From Nitrososphaerota archaeon (GTDB taxonomy: Archaea > Thermoproteota > EX4484-205 > JAAOZP01): a stretch of 64,000 nucleotides of DNA. The translations under genes were made by a program, and so were the position numbers. Below the pieces are notes generated by a model. That model saw nothing but the letters and a program-made list of their open reading frames with translations. It ran no database searches and had not been told where the DNA came from. The stretch is taken from the NCBI GenBank assembly GCA_011605725.1, contig JAAOZP010000010.1, positions 20,973 through 84,972 of the forward strand, read 5' to 3'. Shown here piece by piece: positions 1-9,271 of the stretch. The stretch's first letter is position 1. Each line of letters starts with the position of its first letter.

Positions 1-3000
1 GCCTCTTTCCCCGGGAATCTAACGTAGACTGTTAACCCTGCTTCGAAAGGTCTTTCAGGGTCCTCGAGTTGAAGCCAACCATCGCCACCAGTCATCTTGT
101 TGAAAAATATTGAGAAATATTTGTTTATTCTGTTCAACCCTTCTAGGAAAGCCTCCCTCTTTCTCCTTTCAATATCCTCCATAAACTCCTGAATGCTCCT
201 TCTTTCTTCCTCAAGTTCATTAATCCTTTCAAGAGCATTCTTATAGAAATAGACTTCTTGCTCATACTGGTTAATGGCAAGCATGTTTACTTCTTGAACC
301 TTCTCGAGCTCGCTTCTAAGTGTTTTTAAGTAATTCTCCGTTAAGATTTCCTTATCTTCTGAAACTTTAAGCGGCTCGCCGGGAATCCTACTCTTCAACT
401 CTTGAATCCTGCTTTCACTCATTTCTTTTTCAGTCAGCAGTTTCCTCTCAACGTCTTTAACCCTGTTTATCTCTTCGTTCAATCCTTCGATCTCCTTGTC
501 AAGTTTCCGAATCGTTGAAACAATATCTTTCCTCTCGTCCTCCACATCCTCGCGCGTAACCTCTATTTTCTCATCCACCTTTTTCTTCAATTCTTCTATT
601 TTTGCATTTAAATCACGAGTCAAGTTTAAAATCCCTGTATTGTCTTCTCTAATCTTAGATATTTTCTCGCCCAAAGTCTTTTCGGTATTCCTGTATTCTA
701 AATTCTTTCTACGTAGATTGCTAACTATATTCTCGATCTGTGACAATTTGTTTTTAAAAACGTTTCTTTGCTTTTCGAGTCTCCTTAACTCTTTTTCAAT
801 CAGCCTTATTCTCCTGCGAATCCTACTGAGGTTTTTCTCTCTGGCTGCGATTAACGATTTCAGCCTCATTCTTTCCTTTCCCAATAAGTGTTTTCTACTT
901 CTATCGTGTTTTCTAAATGCTTGGCTCAGTCTTCGAGACGCTTCCAGATATTCACCTGTCAGAGTGCTTAATTGCTTCTCAAGCTCCTCCACACGGGAGT
1001 CGATAGTGCTCAAATCCTCTGCAAGTCTGCTTCGAATACTTGTAGTTTCAAGTATTTGGATGCTCAAAGCCGGTCTAACATGATTATTCATGGTCTCAAG
1101 TATTCTGAATAATTCGCCAGCTTTCTCCGAGAAGTTTTTCACGACACTTCTAATGCTTTCCAGTTTCTCTTCAATGTTTTCCCTGATTAATCCCCCTTCG
1201 ACGGTGAAAACTTCTCCGTTTACAGTCGCTGCCCTGAATCCTCTTCTAGCGAAGACGAGAGCATCTTCAGCATTGCTAACAACAACGCTGTTCCAGAAGA
1301 GTTTTAAGACATGTTTTTCAATATTCTTAGGATATTTGACTAAATCCATTGCATGCTTGCCACGTTTGCCGAGTTCAAACGGTATTTCTTTCCTGCTCGC
1401 TTCCCCTTCGGAAGTTAACACTTTAACTCCTATACCTTTTCCACTAAGAAAATTCATTAAGAAAAGCATGTCTAGAGAGCTTTTGACGAGGACAGCATCC
1501 ATCCAATCGCCAGCCAAGGCCTCGACGGACTTGCTCAATTCCTTTGGAAACCAGAGGCTCTCTCTCAGGGTTCCATAGATGTTTAAGCCTTTTTTCTCGG
1601 AAACTTTTTTAACGAGGTCTAAAGCCTTTCTCCTTTTCTCATCCTGAATAGCGTGGCCCGCCATTCCGGAGGCTTTTGCGAAAAGGATTCTAAACGAATC
1701 TAAACTGTTCATCAAGATTTTAACAGTGTCCATTATCTCGTCAAGCATTCTCCTCCTTTCCGCTAAAACCCTGTCGAGATCAGTCAGTTTCTCGATAACT
1801 CTGTTTTTCCTGGTTGTCTCTATTTCTCTTCTCCTGCTTAAATGCTCTATTCTCCTTCTGAGATTATCATGGTAAGTAATGATTTCTCTAAACATTTTTT
1901 CTGAATTCTTCTCCTCGAGCACTAATCGGTCTAAATCCCTGTCGACCAGAATCAGTCTGTTCTTCAGGCTATAAGCCGTCGCCTCCTGCTGTTTCTCAGC
2001 GTCTTGAAGTCTTTTTTTCTCGTTTAAAAGATGGGTGATTCGAGTGTTGATTGAAGATATTTTTTCGAGTATGCATTTAGAATCCTCTGTAAGACTTATC
2101 GTTTTTCTCTGACTCCTATTTCTTTTTCGTCTAGTTTTAGATAGTTCTCTCTTAATAGTGTTTAGCTCGCTCCTGTTTACCTCAAGCCTTTCAAGGGATT
2201 CTTTAAGCCTTTTTTCAAGATCTCTCAACTCGTATTGAAGTCTAATTCTCTCTGAATCGGGGGTTGCAGAAGCAGCGGTTTCTAAGAGCTCCTCCATCTT
2301 CTCTATAAGGCTTCTTTTCTCAGCCTGTCTAGAGGCAAGCTCCGTCTCTAGTTTACGCCGTATAGCGTTATTCTCCTCAAGGCTTTGGGATATTTCCTCG
2401 AGTTTTCTAACAAGCTTCCAATACTCCATTGAATTGATAATCATCTGCATTCTCTCAACCTCCTTCTCAAGCATTCTTCTCCTAAGTAGAATGTTTCTCT
2501 CTCTTTCTAATTGAAGCATCCTCCTATCGATCTCTTGAAGCCTAGCCTGCACAACCCTAAGATTATTGTCCGCCAGCTGCAGGTTGTTAAGTGCTTCCGC
2601 CTTCTTCTCATCATACTGCGCTAAGCCTAGTGCCTGTTCTATCTCCTTTCTCCTCTCCACGGGATTTTTATCAGCTAGTCGTGAAATCTCTCCCTGCGGT
2701 ATTATGTTGTAGCCTCTTGCAGAAAGACCTGTTGAGGAAATAGTGTCCTCAACAACGTTTTTAGAAGTCCTTTTACCGTTGAGATAATAGGTGCTTTCCC
2801 CATCCCGCCCCATTCTCCTAGCTACTGTTATAAATCTTTCTTGTCCAGGTATTGTTGAGTCACTATTATCTATAGTTATCTTCACATAGGTTTCCGCCTC
2901 CCCGCCAGCGTTATCGTTAACTAGAGAGGTGAGTTTATCTATCCTAAGAAGCCTAGGATTATTCTCTCCGAGTGCGAAACGTATCGCATCGATTAGATTA

Positions 3001-3599
3001 CTATTGTGAACTATCAGGCCATCTCCGGTAATATATGAGCCAATGTTCTTCACATATATGTCGTATACTTCTCCTTTCCAAAATTTCTTAACGATCCTGT
3101 TTAAAACATCTAAACGCGTTTTACCCTCGTCGACAACCAGTATCCTCATGCCTTCCGATATCTGTGAAGCCTTGATCCACCTGTATGTCTCGTTTCCCCA
3201 AGCCGCCATCAGCCTGTGCTCCGGGGTTACCTCAATCTTTCTTCCGGCTGCTGTTTCAATTTTTAATACGAATCCCTCATAAGGTTTTCTGAACACGGCA
3301 CTAGCGCTTGTTTCAACACTCCTCCCTAGAAGCGTATGGTAGCTTATGAGCGGCTCCCTTCTACAAGGAATTACGTATTCCCCGTCTGTCAGCTTTATTC
3401 TTATACCTTCTGAGGACAATTCTTTGAAAAATGATTTCACGTCCAGTCCTCCCCACGGCCGTTCTATGATTGTCCAGGGGGCTATGCATTTTCCAGAACC
3501 ATTTCTACCGGTTAAAACAGTTAGGCCTCTGCTTAAGTTTATAACCTGTCTACCGCCTACTGACTTGAAATTCCTGATTTCGATCCTGGTTAGATGCAA
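1..3599 (-). CDS. smc: Chromosome segregation ATPase SMC (partial; the C-terminal about 100 aa lie beyond the left window edge); contains an intein
   Basis: Missing from the ORF track because it has no in-window stop. Hand translation of the minus strand starts at TTG 3599: LHLTRIEIRNFKSVGGRQVINLSRGLTVLTGRNGSGK-[insert]-SNLIDAIRFALGENN. A long E/K/L/R-rich coiled coil follows; its antisense gives the S/F/L-rich plus-strand shadow ORFs at 496-3606. A hinge-like segment GLNIYGTLRESLWFPKELSKSVEALAGDWMDAVLV lies at about 1500-1590. The C-terminal head begins LQLEDPERPFEAGLTVYVRFPGKE, ending at nt 3. The frame from 3599 is consistent with the frame at nt 3-5 (1199 codons). The absence of any listed minus-strand ORF here implies there is no internal stop. 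Confidence 0.9.
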   Translation of the reverse strand, partial: MHLTRIEIRNFKSVGGRQVINLSRGLTVLTGRNGSGKCIAPWTIIERPWGGLDVKSFFKELSSEGIRIKLTDGEYVIPCRREPLISYHTLLGRSVETSASAVFRKPYEGFVLKIETAAGRKIEVTPEHRLMAAWGNETYRWIKASQISEGMRILVVDEGKTRLDVLNRIVKKFWKGEVYDIYVKNIGSYITGDGLIVHNSNLIDAIRFALGENNPRLLRIDKLTSLVNDNAGGEAETYVKITIDNSDSTIPGQERFITVARRMGRDGESTYYLNGKRTSKNVVEDTISSTGLSARGYNIIPQGEISRLADKNPVERRKEIEQALGLAQYDEKKAEALNNLQLADNNLRVVQARLQEIDRRMLQLERERNILLRRRMLEKEVERMQMIINSMEYWKLVRKLEEISQSLEENNAIRRKLETELASRQAEKRSLIEKMEELLETAASATPDSERIRLQYELRDLEKRLKESLERLEVNRSELNTIKRELSKTRRKRNRSQRKTISLTEDSKCILEKISSINTRITHLLNEKKRLQDAEKQQEATAYSLKNRLILVDRDLDRLVLEEKNSEKMFREIITYHDNLRRRIEHLSRRREIETTRKNRVIEKLTDLDRVLAERRRMLDEIMDTVKILMNSLDSFRILFAKASGMAGHAIQDEKRRKALDLVKKVSEKKGLNIYGTLRESLWFPKELSKSVEALAGDWMDAVLVKSSLDMLFLMNFLSGKGIGVKVLTSEGEASRKEIPFELGKRGKHAMDLVKYPKNIEKHVLKLFWNSVVVSNAEDALVFARRGFRAATVNGEVFTVEGGLIRENIEEKLESIRSVVKNFSEKAGELFRILETMNNHVRPALSIQILETTSIRSRLAEDLSTIDSRVEELEKQLSTLTGEYLEASRRLSQAFRKHDRSRKHLLGKERMRLKSLIAAREKNLSRIRRRIRLIEKELRRLEKQRNVFKNKLSQIENIVSNLRRKNLEYRNTEKTLGEKISKIREDNTGILNLTRDLNAKIEELKKKVDEKIEVTREDVEDERKDIVSTIRKLDKEIEGLNEEINRVKDVERKLLTEKEMSESRIQELKSRIPGEPLKVSEDKEILTENYLKTLRSELEKVQEVNMLAINQYEQEVYFYKNALERINELEEERRSIQEFMEDIERRKREAFLEGLNRINKYFSIFFNKMTGGDGWLQLEDPERPFEAGLTVYVRFPGKE
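3003..3488 (-). mobile_element. Mini-intein (162 aa, no homing-endonuclease-sized insert) inside the SMC Walker A motif
   Basis: The insert begins with Cys (TGC 3488-3486) directly after GRNGSGK. It has a block-B-like TxxH (KIEVTPEHRLMA) and a block F/G-like EVYDIYVKNIGSYITGDGLIVHN ending at 3003. The +1 residue is Ser. Removing the insert restores GRNGSGKSNLIDAIRFALGE. Confidence 0.8.
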
Positions 3600-3790
3600 T
3601 CTCTAAACCCTCTCTGCATCAGTCGGCATGTGGGCATCAACCTACCGTCGAAGTGTTCTTTAATGTAACTTGTAGAAGCGTCCTTCCTCCGAAAACTGGG
3701 TGTTTTAAAGCCGCTCTGCAGCCTCATAAAGCTTAACATAAGCATCCAGGAATAAGTTTTTAAGCATTATTTTAAGAGGTTTGTGGCAGG

Positions 3791-4180
3791 TTGTCAGTAT
3801 ATCAAGGAGACATATTCAAGAGGAAGAAGACTGGTGGTAAGAGTCATCCCAATAGGGGTAAACGCAAGTATGAAATGGGGAGGCCACCGGCTCTTACGAG
3901 GCTTGGCGAGAATAACGTTGTCGAGAAGGTTAGGGTTAGAGGAGGAGGTTTGAAACTTAGGGTTGTTCAGGCTGCGTATGCTAACGTCGCTGTTGAAAAG
4001 AATAGGGTTGTGAAAGCTAAGGTTTTAGACGTGGTTGACAACCCTGCGAACAGAGAGTTCAGCAGGATGAAGATAATAACTAGGGGTGCTATAATAAAGA
4101 CTGAGGTGGGTAATGCTGTAGTGACTTCTAAACCAGGCTCCAACGGGGTTGTGAACGCTAAGCTGGTTTCTGAAGGATGA
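3791..4180 (+). CDS. rps8e: 30S ribosomal protein S8e
   Basis: TTG start. SVYQGDIFKRKKTGGK...RKYEMGRPPA...VRVRGGGLKLRVVQAAYANV matches the archaeal S8e pattern (MAIWQG..KxSGG...RELGR...RxRGGNxKVR...AxYANV). Confidence 0.9.
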   Translation: MSVYQGDIFKRKKTGGKSHPNRGKRKYEMGRPPALTRLGENNVVEKVRVRGGGLKLRVVQAAYANVAVEKNRVVKAKVLDVVDNPANREFSRMKIITRGAIIKTEVGNAVVTSKPGSNGVVNAKLVSEG

Positions 4181-4473
4181 AAAACATTTCTAAAGAACGT
4201 TATGTGATAGTTTACCCGCAGTATTTTGATTCTAGGGCTTCGCGGAAAATGGGGAGACGTGTCCCAAAGGGTCTTGCAGTCGACTCTCCGAGCCTAGCTA
4301 GGATTGCGGAAGCGTGTAAAAAGCTTGGCTTAAAGGTTACGCTGGAGCCTGACAAGGCTTATCCTAGGGCGAGCAATGTAAAGTGCGGGAGAATAGTGGT
4401 TTTCTGCAAGAATATGCATAAGAAAAGCCTTATTGAAAAAATAGGAGTCGTAATGAAGGGTGGTGCAGGTTGA
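4177..4473 (+). CDS. srp19: Signal recognition particle protein SRP19
   Basis: 98 aa. YVIVYPQYFDSRASRKMGRRVPKGLAV.PSL..I..A.KKLGL is the typical SRP19 N-terminus. There is a 4-nt ATGA overlap with rps8e. Confidence 0.85.
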   Translation: MKNISKERYVIVYPQYFDSRASRKMGRRVPKGLAVDSPSLARIAEACKKLGLKVTLEPDKAYPRASNVKCGRIVVFCKNMHKKSLIEKIGVVMKGGAG

Positions 4474-4703
4474 AACGTAAAGGAACTGTTGAAAACATTC
4501 TTAACAACAGGATTGTTTTGGTTAGGCTTGAGGGACTGGTTGGCTTAGGTTCCCTCGTCCTAAGCAGGGAGATGAAGCCGCTGGGCAGCGTTACAGACAT
4601 AATAGGTCCTGTTAAAGAGCCGTATGCCGTAGTTGTATTAAAAAGAAAAGTTAAGGGAGTTGATAAAGGTGACGTCGTGTTTTTTAAGCCTAGAAAGGCG
4701 TAG
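4470..4703 (+). CDS. gar1: H/ACA ribonucleoprotein component Gar1
   Basis: 77 aa. LGSVTDIIGPVKEPYAVV resembles the archaeal Gar1 core (G.V.DVFGPV..PY). There is a 4-nt overlap with srp19. Confidence 0.75.
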   Translation: MKRKGTVENILNNRIVLVRLEGLVGLGSLVLSREMKPLGSVTDIIGPVKEPYAVVVLKRKVKGVDKGDVVFFKPRKA

Positions 4704-4760
4704 GGTTGGAAAATCTTTATAGCTTGGAAACCTATTATAAACAATGGTGATAAAACCTCG

Positions 4761-5174
4761 GTGGTCAGAAAGGTCTCGAGAAGATACAGGCTTGAGGGGA
4801 AGGTACTTAACATCATAATGCGTTCCAAGGATGGGGTGGTTCAGACGGACCTATATAAGATGCTTAACATCTCGAGCAGAGAGGGCTCGAGAATTTGCTT
4901 AAAACTGGAGTCGTGGGGGCTGATAAAGAGGGAGAAGGTTCTTCACAAGGAGAGATGGACCTATAAGCTTTACTCGACACGCAAGATTCCGAAGATAGAT
5001 TCTTTAAAGGGTTCGCCGTGTTTTTCATGCCCACATTTCAACAGGAGTTGCTCATCAGGATCTGCAATAAGCCCTGAACGTTGTGAACTACTGGATAAGT
5101 GGATACTTACGATTGGCGTGGGGGGAGCGGACGCTGAAGTCAAAGAGGCGATGGCTTCAAGAGAGGAAGCGTGA
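4761..5174 (+). CDS. Winged-helix plus Cys4 protein, TFE-beta / RPC34(39)-like
   Basis: The N-terminal half looks like a wHTH (VLNIIMRSKDGVVQTDLYKMLNISSREGSRICLKLESWGLIKRE). The C-terminal SPCFSCPHFNRSCSSGSAISPERCELLDKWI fits my recollection of the RPC34/TFE-beta Fe-S motif PCxxCPxFxxC...G.IsPxxCxYxxxWL. Confidence 0.5.
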   Translation: MVRKVSRRYRLEGKVLNIIMRSKDGVVQTDLYKMLNISSREGSRICLKLESWGLIKREKVLHKERWTYKLYSTRKIPKIDSLKGSPCFSCPHFNRSCSSGSAISPERCELLDKWILTIGVGGADAEVKEAMASREEA

Positions 5175-5751
5175 TCCCTATTTCTTACTTGCTAAGAAAG
5201 AAGGTTACCGTAGCAGAGCATCTTACAAGCTTAAGCAAATACTGGGTGAGTACAGGCTTATCAGGAAAGGGGATTTTGTATTAGATATTGGATGTGCTCC
5301 CGGGGGATGGCTTCAAGTTGCTTCTGAAGCGGTCGGTGAAACTGGGCTGGTTATTGGAGTGGATATCAAGAGGGTTGAAAACCTAGGGTTGGAGAATATT
5401 AAGACAATCTTGCTTGACGTTTTTGATGAAGGTTTTGTTGAAAGGGTTTTAAAAGAATCTAAAAACAAGTTTGACGTGATTCTTTCAGACCTCTCACCTA
5501 ACATGTCTGGGATTTATGAGCTTGACCACGCTAGACAGATTGAGATGGTTGAGAGAGTCATCCAACTGTCGAGAGAACTGTTAAAGGTCGGCGGGTCGAT
5601 GGTGGTTAAGGTTTTCGAGGGAGAGGGTTCCGATAGGATTTACAGGAATGTTTCGAAACTCTTCAGGTTTGTTAAAAGATTTAAGCCTAAGGCTTCCCGC
5701 AGGGGGAGTTCAGAATTTTACTTGGTCGCCAAGTTTTTCAAAGGCTTCTAA
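5083..5751 (+). CDS. rlmE: 23S rRNA 2'-O-ribose methyltransferase RlmE/FtsJ
   Basis: KRRWLQERKRDPYFLLAKKEGYRSRASYKLKQI plus the SAM motif DIGCAPGGWLQV plus DVILSDLSPNMSG. The true start may be the internal TTG at 5113, because the GTG at 5083 overlaps the upstream ORF by 92 nt. Confidence 0.85.
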   Translation: MNYWISGYLRLAWGERTLKSKRRWLQERKRDPYFLLAKKEGYRSRASYKLKQILGEYRLIRKGDFVLDIGCAPGGWLQVASEAVGETGLVIGVDIKRVENLGLENIKTILLDVFDEGFVERVLKESKNKFDVILSDLSPNMSGIYELDHARQIEMVERVIQLSRELLKVGGSMVVKVFEGEGSDRIYRNVSKLFRFVKRFKPKASRRGSSEFYLVAKFFKGF

Positions 5752-6925
5752 TAATTCTAACAAGTTCAACAAGCCCGGCATCAGTCCTTATACAGTTGTT
5801 ATCGAAACCACTTCTGCACGCTTTGAAACCTTCTTTTAAAAGTCTCTCTATGATAAGGCTTCTGCTTGGAGGGTTAACGCGCAGGCTTGAAGCCAGCCCG
5901 GTTAAATCAATGCTCCCAATAATCTTCTGATTGTCGGACACTAGGATTTCAAGATTTTTGAAGACATCTTTATCCACTAGTGTTTTCTCTGTTTTCTGAA
6001 GCAGCATTTTCTCAATCCATTCTCTGGAGTATGTCTCACCTGTATAAAGTGGGCCTAACAGTAGAGAATCACTATTGCCGATTTCTTCAACGTCAACCAC
6101 GCCAAGCGGTTCATATATTTTCCCGATCCTTCTCACTTTAAGAAACTTGATTTGCGAAACGCTTTTGAAAGCATGTTTCCTACCCTTCAAAACTTTTACG
6201 AAAACTTTAACATAGTGTCTTCTTGTAACTGAAACAATAGGGTCTATTCCTCTTTCACTCCTCGCCGCAGCCTCAGCCACTGCTTTGAGCAGAACCCTGA
6301 CCCCGATCTCTCGCATGAAACCGGTTTTTAAAACATTTACACCGTAAAGCATTCTTGCAGCCCGTTTATGCACGCCGAAAAGATTGGCAGTGTCGGTAGC
6401 TGTCACGCTTAACACACCGCCGTGTTTAACAGCGTGAAAACAGGTGTCGAGAAACCCGACAGGTGTACCGAAAGGATCTAGGTCAAGCATGTCAAACCTG
6501 TTGCCGCTAAGGGAATGCGCAATATGAAAAATATTCGCATCCATTTTAGAGGCGTGCAACCTGTCTTCAAGCCTGTTCATCCTAGCATTCATAACTATGG
6601 TTGCAAAAGCTCTTCCGCTTGAGTCGTTTGCATAGGCCTCGTCCCATCCGGCCTCCGTAAGAACCCTTATCGATCTTACTCCTACGCCTGCCATAGAGTC
6701 TCCGAAACAAAGGTTCCGCTCAACCTCCCTCCTGATCACGTTGGCAACGAGAACTGTGAGATCCCTGTTCTCCTTCATTAAAGGATTGTAGAATACAGGT
6801 GCCCTGGAAGGAACGTATTCGTTCGGAGAAACCCTGTAGTAATCCAGCTTAGGAACAATTACTTCGACCATCCCCTCCCTGATGGTCATTGTTTCGAAAT
6901 CAACTTCGTTCCCGGGTTTCTCCAC
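5738..6925 (-). CDS. trm1: tRNA (guanine26-N2)-dimethyltransferase Trm1
   Basis: IREGMVEVIVPK...VFYNPLMKENRDLTV...DSMAGVGVRSIR...DLDPFGTP is the typical Trm1 pattern. The start is either GTG 6925 or ATG 6889. Confidence 0.9.
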   Translation of the reverse strand: MEKPGNEVDFETMTIREGMVEVIVPKLDYYRVSPNEYVPSRAPVFYNPLMKENRDLTVLVANVIRREVERNLCFGDSMAGVGVRSIRVLTEAGWDEAYANDSSGRAFATIVMNARMNRLEDRLHASKMDANIFHIAHSLSGNRFDMLDLDPFGTPVGFLDTCFHAVKHGGVLSVTATDTANLFGVHKRAARMLYGVNVLKTGFMREIGVRVLLKAVAEAAARSERGIDPIVSVTRRHYVKVFVKVLKGRKHAFKSVSQIKFLKVRRIGKIYEPLGVVDVEEIGNSDSLLLGPLYTGETYSREWIEKMLLQKTEKTLVDKDVFKNLEILVSDNQKIIGSIDLTGLASSLRVNPPSRSLIIERLLKEGFKACRSGFDNNCIRTDAGLVELVRIIRSL

Positions 6926-7003
6926 GTTTTTCAGTATCCGTCAACCCTCTTAAAACTGTTGAGGAAACCCTTTTAACTATCCTGAAATCTCAAAACGCCA
7001 GTA

Positions 7004-8344
7004 ATGTATGACGTATGTGTAGCAGGCGCAGGCGTGGCTGGTGCCACGCTTGCCAGGGAAGCAGCTAGAAGGGGGCTGAAGGTTCTGCTCATCGACAGGT
7101 CTACGATGGAGAAGGTTGGTGACAAGGTTTGCGGGGATGCACTGGGGTCACACCATTTGGATAGACTTGGGTTAACCCTCCCGTCTGAAACCTATTTCTC
7201 CATGTACCCAGGTATAGAGATATACTCTCCAGACATGCGTAGTTGCCTCAGCATAATTGCCGAGGGCTTAAGCGCATACGCTTTAAACAGGCTTAAATTC
7301 GGCCAGTTTCTCCTTAAACTGGCTTTAGACGCTGGATGTGAATTTAAGCCGGAGACTCAGGTTAGAGGGCTGATCGTGGAGCAGGGTTGCGTGAAAGGGG
7401 TTAGACTGGCGGATAAGAATGGTGTTAAACAGGATGTTTACGCGAAAGTGACCGTGGATGCTACTGGTGTTTCAAGAGCTCTCTGCAGAGAGCTTCAGGA
7501 AGCAGGTTTTGACCAAGAGCTTGACGATGATGAAACACTGGTGTGCTACAGGGAGATCTTGGAAACGAGGTCAACGCCTCCCATCCCAGCCATCTACCTG
7601 GATATGGGTGATGCTCCCGGAGGCTACTTCTGGGTATTCCCAGAGGGAGAGGGGAGGGTTAACGCTGGTCTAGGTGTTACTAAGGGCTCAGCGAACCCTA
7701 AGCTTCTCTTCGAGAAATGGGTCGATAAGCTTCCTTGTCTCAAGGATAATATTGTTAAAGCTATCCATAAGGGTGGGGGAATAGTTCCCGCCAGGAGGCC
7801 CATAGACTCTGCTGTTTGGAACGGGTTCATAGCGGTGGGAGACGCGGCTTTCATGGTTAACCCTCTTCACGGTGGTGGAATAGGGTCTTCAATGACCGGC
7901 GGCTTCCTTGCTGCTAGAGTTGCTGCAGAAGCTTTGGAGCAGGGTCGTGTTGACGAGGAAGCCCTATGGGGGTTCAACGTAGAGTACATGAGAAACTATG
8001 GTGTGAAACAAGCTGCTCTAGATGTTTTCAGGGTTTTCCTGCAAGGCTTGAACAATGAGCTGATAAATTACGGATTGGCTCAGGGACTTATCAAGAGCGA
8101 GGATCTTTTGGAAGCAAGCATGGGCGGGAAGCTTAGGCTTAACATCACTGAGAAGGCTTCAAGATTTTTCTCGGGCATCGGTAAACCAGGTTTTCTTCTG
8201 AAGCTTAACAGGACCGTTAAACTAATGGAGGATTTTAGACAGTTCTACATGGATTACCCGTCACGCCTGGATTTCGACCGGTGGAGAAGGAGGGTGAGAG
8301 CGTTCCACAACAGGGTTCACGAGGAAGTGGGAAAACCGTCTTAA
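7004..8344 (+). CDS. Geranylgeranyl reductase family flavoprotein (archaeal lipid saturation)
   Basis: FAD fold MYDVCVAGAGVAGATLAREAARRGLKVLLIDR, then GDKVCGDALG and a later GDAA motif (VGDAAFMVNPLHGGG). Confidence 0.85.
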   Translation: MYDVCVAGAGVAGATLAREAARRGLKVLLIDRSTMEKVGDKVCGDALGSHHLDRLGLTLPSETYFSMYPGIEIYSPDMRSCLSIIAEGLSAYALNRLKFGQFLLKLALDAGCEFKPETQVRGLIVEQGCVKGVRLADKNGVKQDVYAKVTVDATGVSRALCRELQEAGFDQELDDDETLVCYREILETRSTPPIPAIYLDMGDAPGGYFWVFPEGEGRVNAGLGVTKGSANPKLLFEKWVDKLPCLKDNIVKAIHKGGGIVPARRPIDSAVWNGFIAVGDAAFMVNPLHGGGIGSSMTGGFLAARVAAEALEQGRVDEEALWGFNVEYMRNYGVKQAALDVFRVFLQGLNNELINYGLAQGLIKSEDLLEASMGGKLRLNITEKASRFFSGIGKPGFLLKLNRTVKLMEDFRQFYMDYPSRLDFDRWRRRVRAFHNRVHEEVGKPS

Positions 8345-8396
8345 GCGCTATTTCTACGTCGATAAATACTGTGTCCAACCGTCTGCACCCGGGGAA

Positions 8397-9131
8397 ATGC
8401 TTATTACCCCTTTCTATGAAAATTTTCTCCGATTGGGTATCGCAGGCTTGAACGCTATTAGGCCCAGTAAATCGGAAGTAGTACTAACATTATTGAACAA
8501 ATACTCATGCATATACGTTGCGACTCAGACGCAAAGACTGTTATTCAACCCTTCCGAGATAAACATCGGTGGAATCGAGCCTGTAGATTACACATTAATA
8601 ACTGACGAGCAGCCTGAGCATTTCGACGAGAACCTCATAACAGAATTATGCGTTCTCAAGAAGTCTGGGAAAATAATTGCTGACGAAACAAGCTACAGGA
8701 TTCTCCGGTCACAGATCCCTAAGGAGATGCTTGTCGCAGCAAAGCCTAACAAGCTGCTCGTAAGCAACGGGTTAATCATAAAATCATACCCAAGCGAGAA
8801 CCCTGAGGCTTCTACGCCAGTAACGTACATGGTTACGCTTGAAAACGGATGTAAGATTTTCCAGACCGGTGCATCACCCGTGTCTAAAGCTTTGAAAAAG
8901 ATAACGATGGAGGAGAAACCCGATATAACGTTTATACCTGTAGGCTTCAGTCCTATGCTCAACGCTGCCTCATGGGTTGAGTCGGCAGAAAACTCTAACT
9001 CTAAAATCGTTATACCTTACCACGGCGAGGATCTTAGCCTTTTCCCACGTGTTGTTAAAAGGAAAGGCTTGAAAATAGGGGTTGTAATACTTAAAGTAGG
9101 AGAACCCTTTACGTATAGGGTCGGCCAGTAA
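8397..9131 (+). CDS. Hypothetical protein, metallo-beta-lactamase-fold-like with degenerate metal ligands
   Basis: The layout resembles Lactamase_B_3/UPF0173 (..LLFNPSE..VDYTLITDEQPEHFD...IFQTGAS...PDITFIPVG...IVIPYHGED). However, the HxHxDH motif is replaced by TDEQPEHFD. Confidence 0.35.
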   Translation: MLITPFYENFLRLGIAGLNAIRPSKSEVVLTLLNKYSCIYVATQTQRLLFNPSEINIGGIEPVDYTLITDEQPEHFDENLITELCVLKKSGKIIADETSYRILRSQIPKEMLVAAKPNKLLVSNGLIIKSYPSENPEASTPVTYMVTLENGCKIFQTGASPVSKALKKITMEEKPDITFIPVGFSPMLNAASWVESAENSNSKIVIPYHGEDLSLFPRVVKRKGLKIGVVILKVGEPFTYRVGQ

Positions 9132-9271
9132 GACAGTCTCGCATGCTGGAAGCCGTATTAGTTTCAATAGCAATTCCCTTCTTAATGGACACGATGTTTT
9201 AGAATGATATTGCCTGTTTTCCAGCTGGAAAGGCTTAAAGATAAGTTGCTATACTTAAAACGTGAAGCTAT

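Noticed and set aside
496-3606. Plus-strand ORFs from the track (496..1083, 1090..1578, 3043..3282, 3346..3606) with S/F/L-rich low-complexity products.
   Set aside because: They are antisense shadows of the E/K/L-rich coiled coil and the intein of the minus-strand SMC gene. The minus frame is open across the whole region and has clear SMC motifs.
5083-5174. 92-nt overlap between the TFE-beta-like ORF and rlmE, considered as a programmed frameshift or fusion.
   Set aside because: Both products have complete, independent homology. An internal TTG at 5113 reduces the overlap to 62 nt, so the size of the overlap depends partly on the longest-ORF start call.
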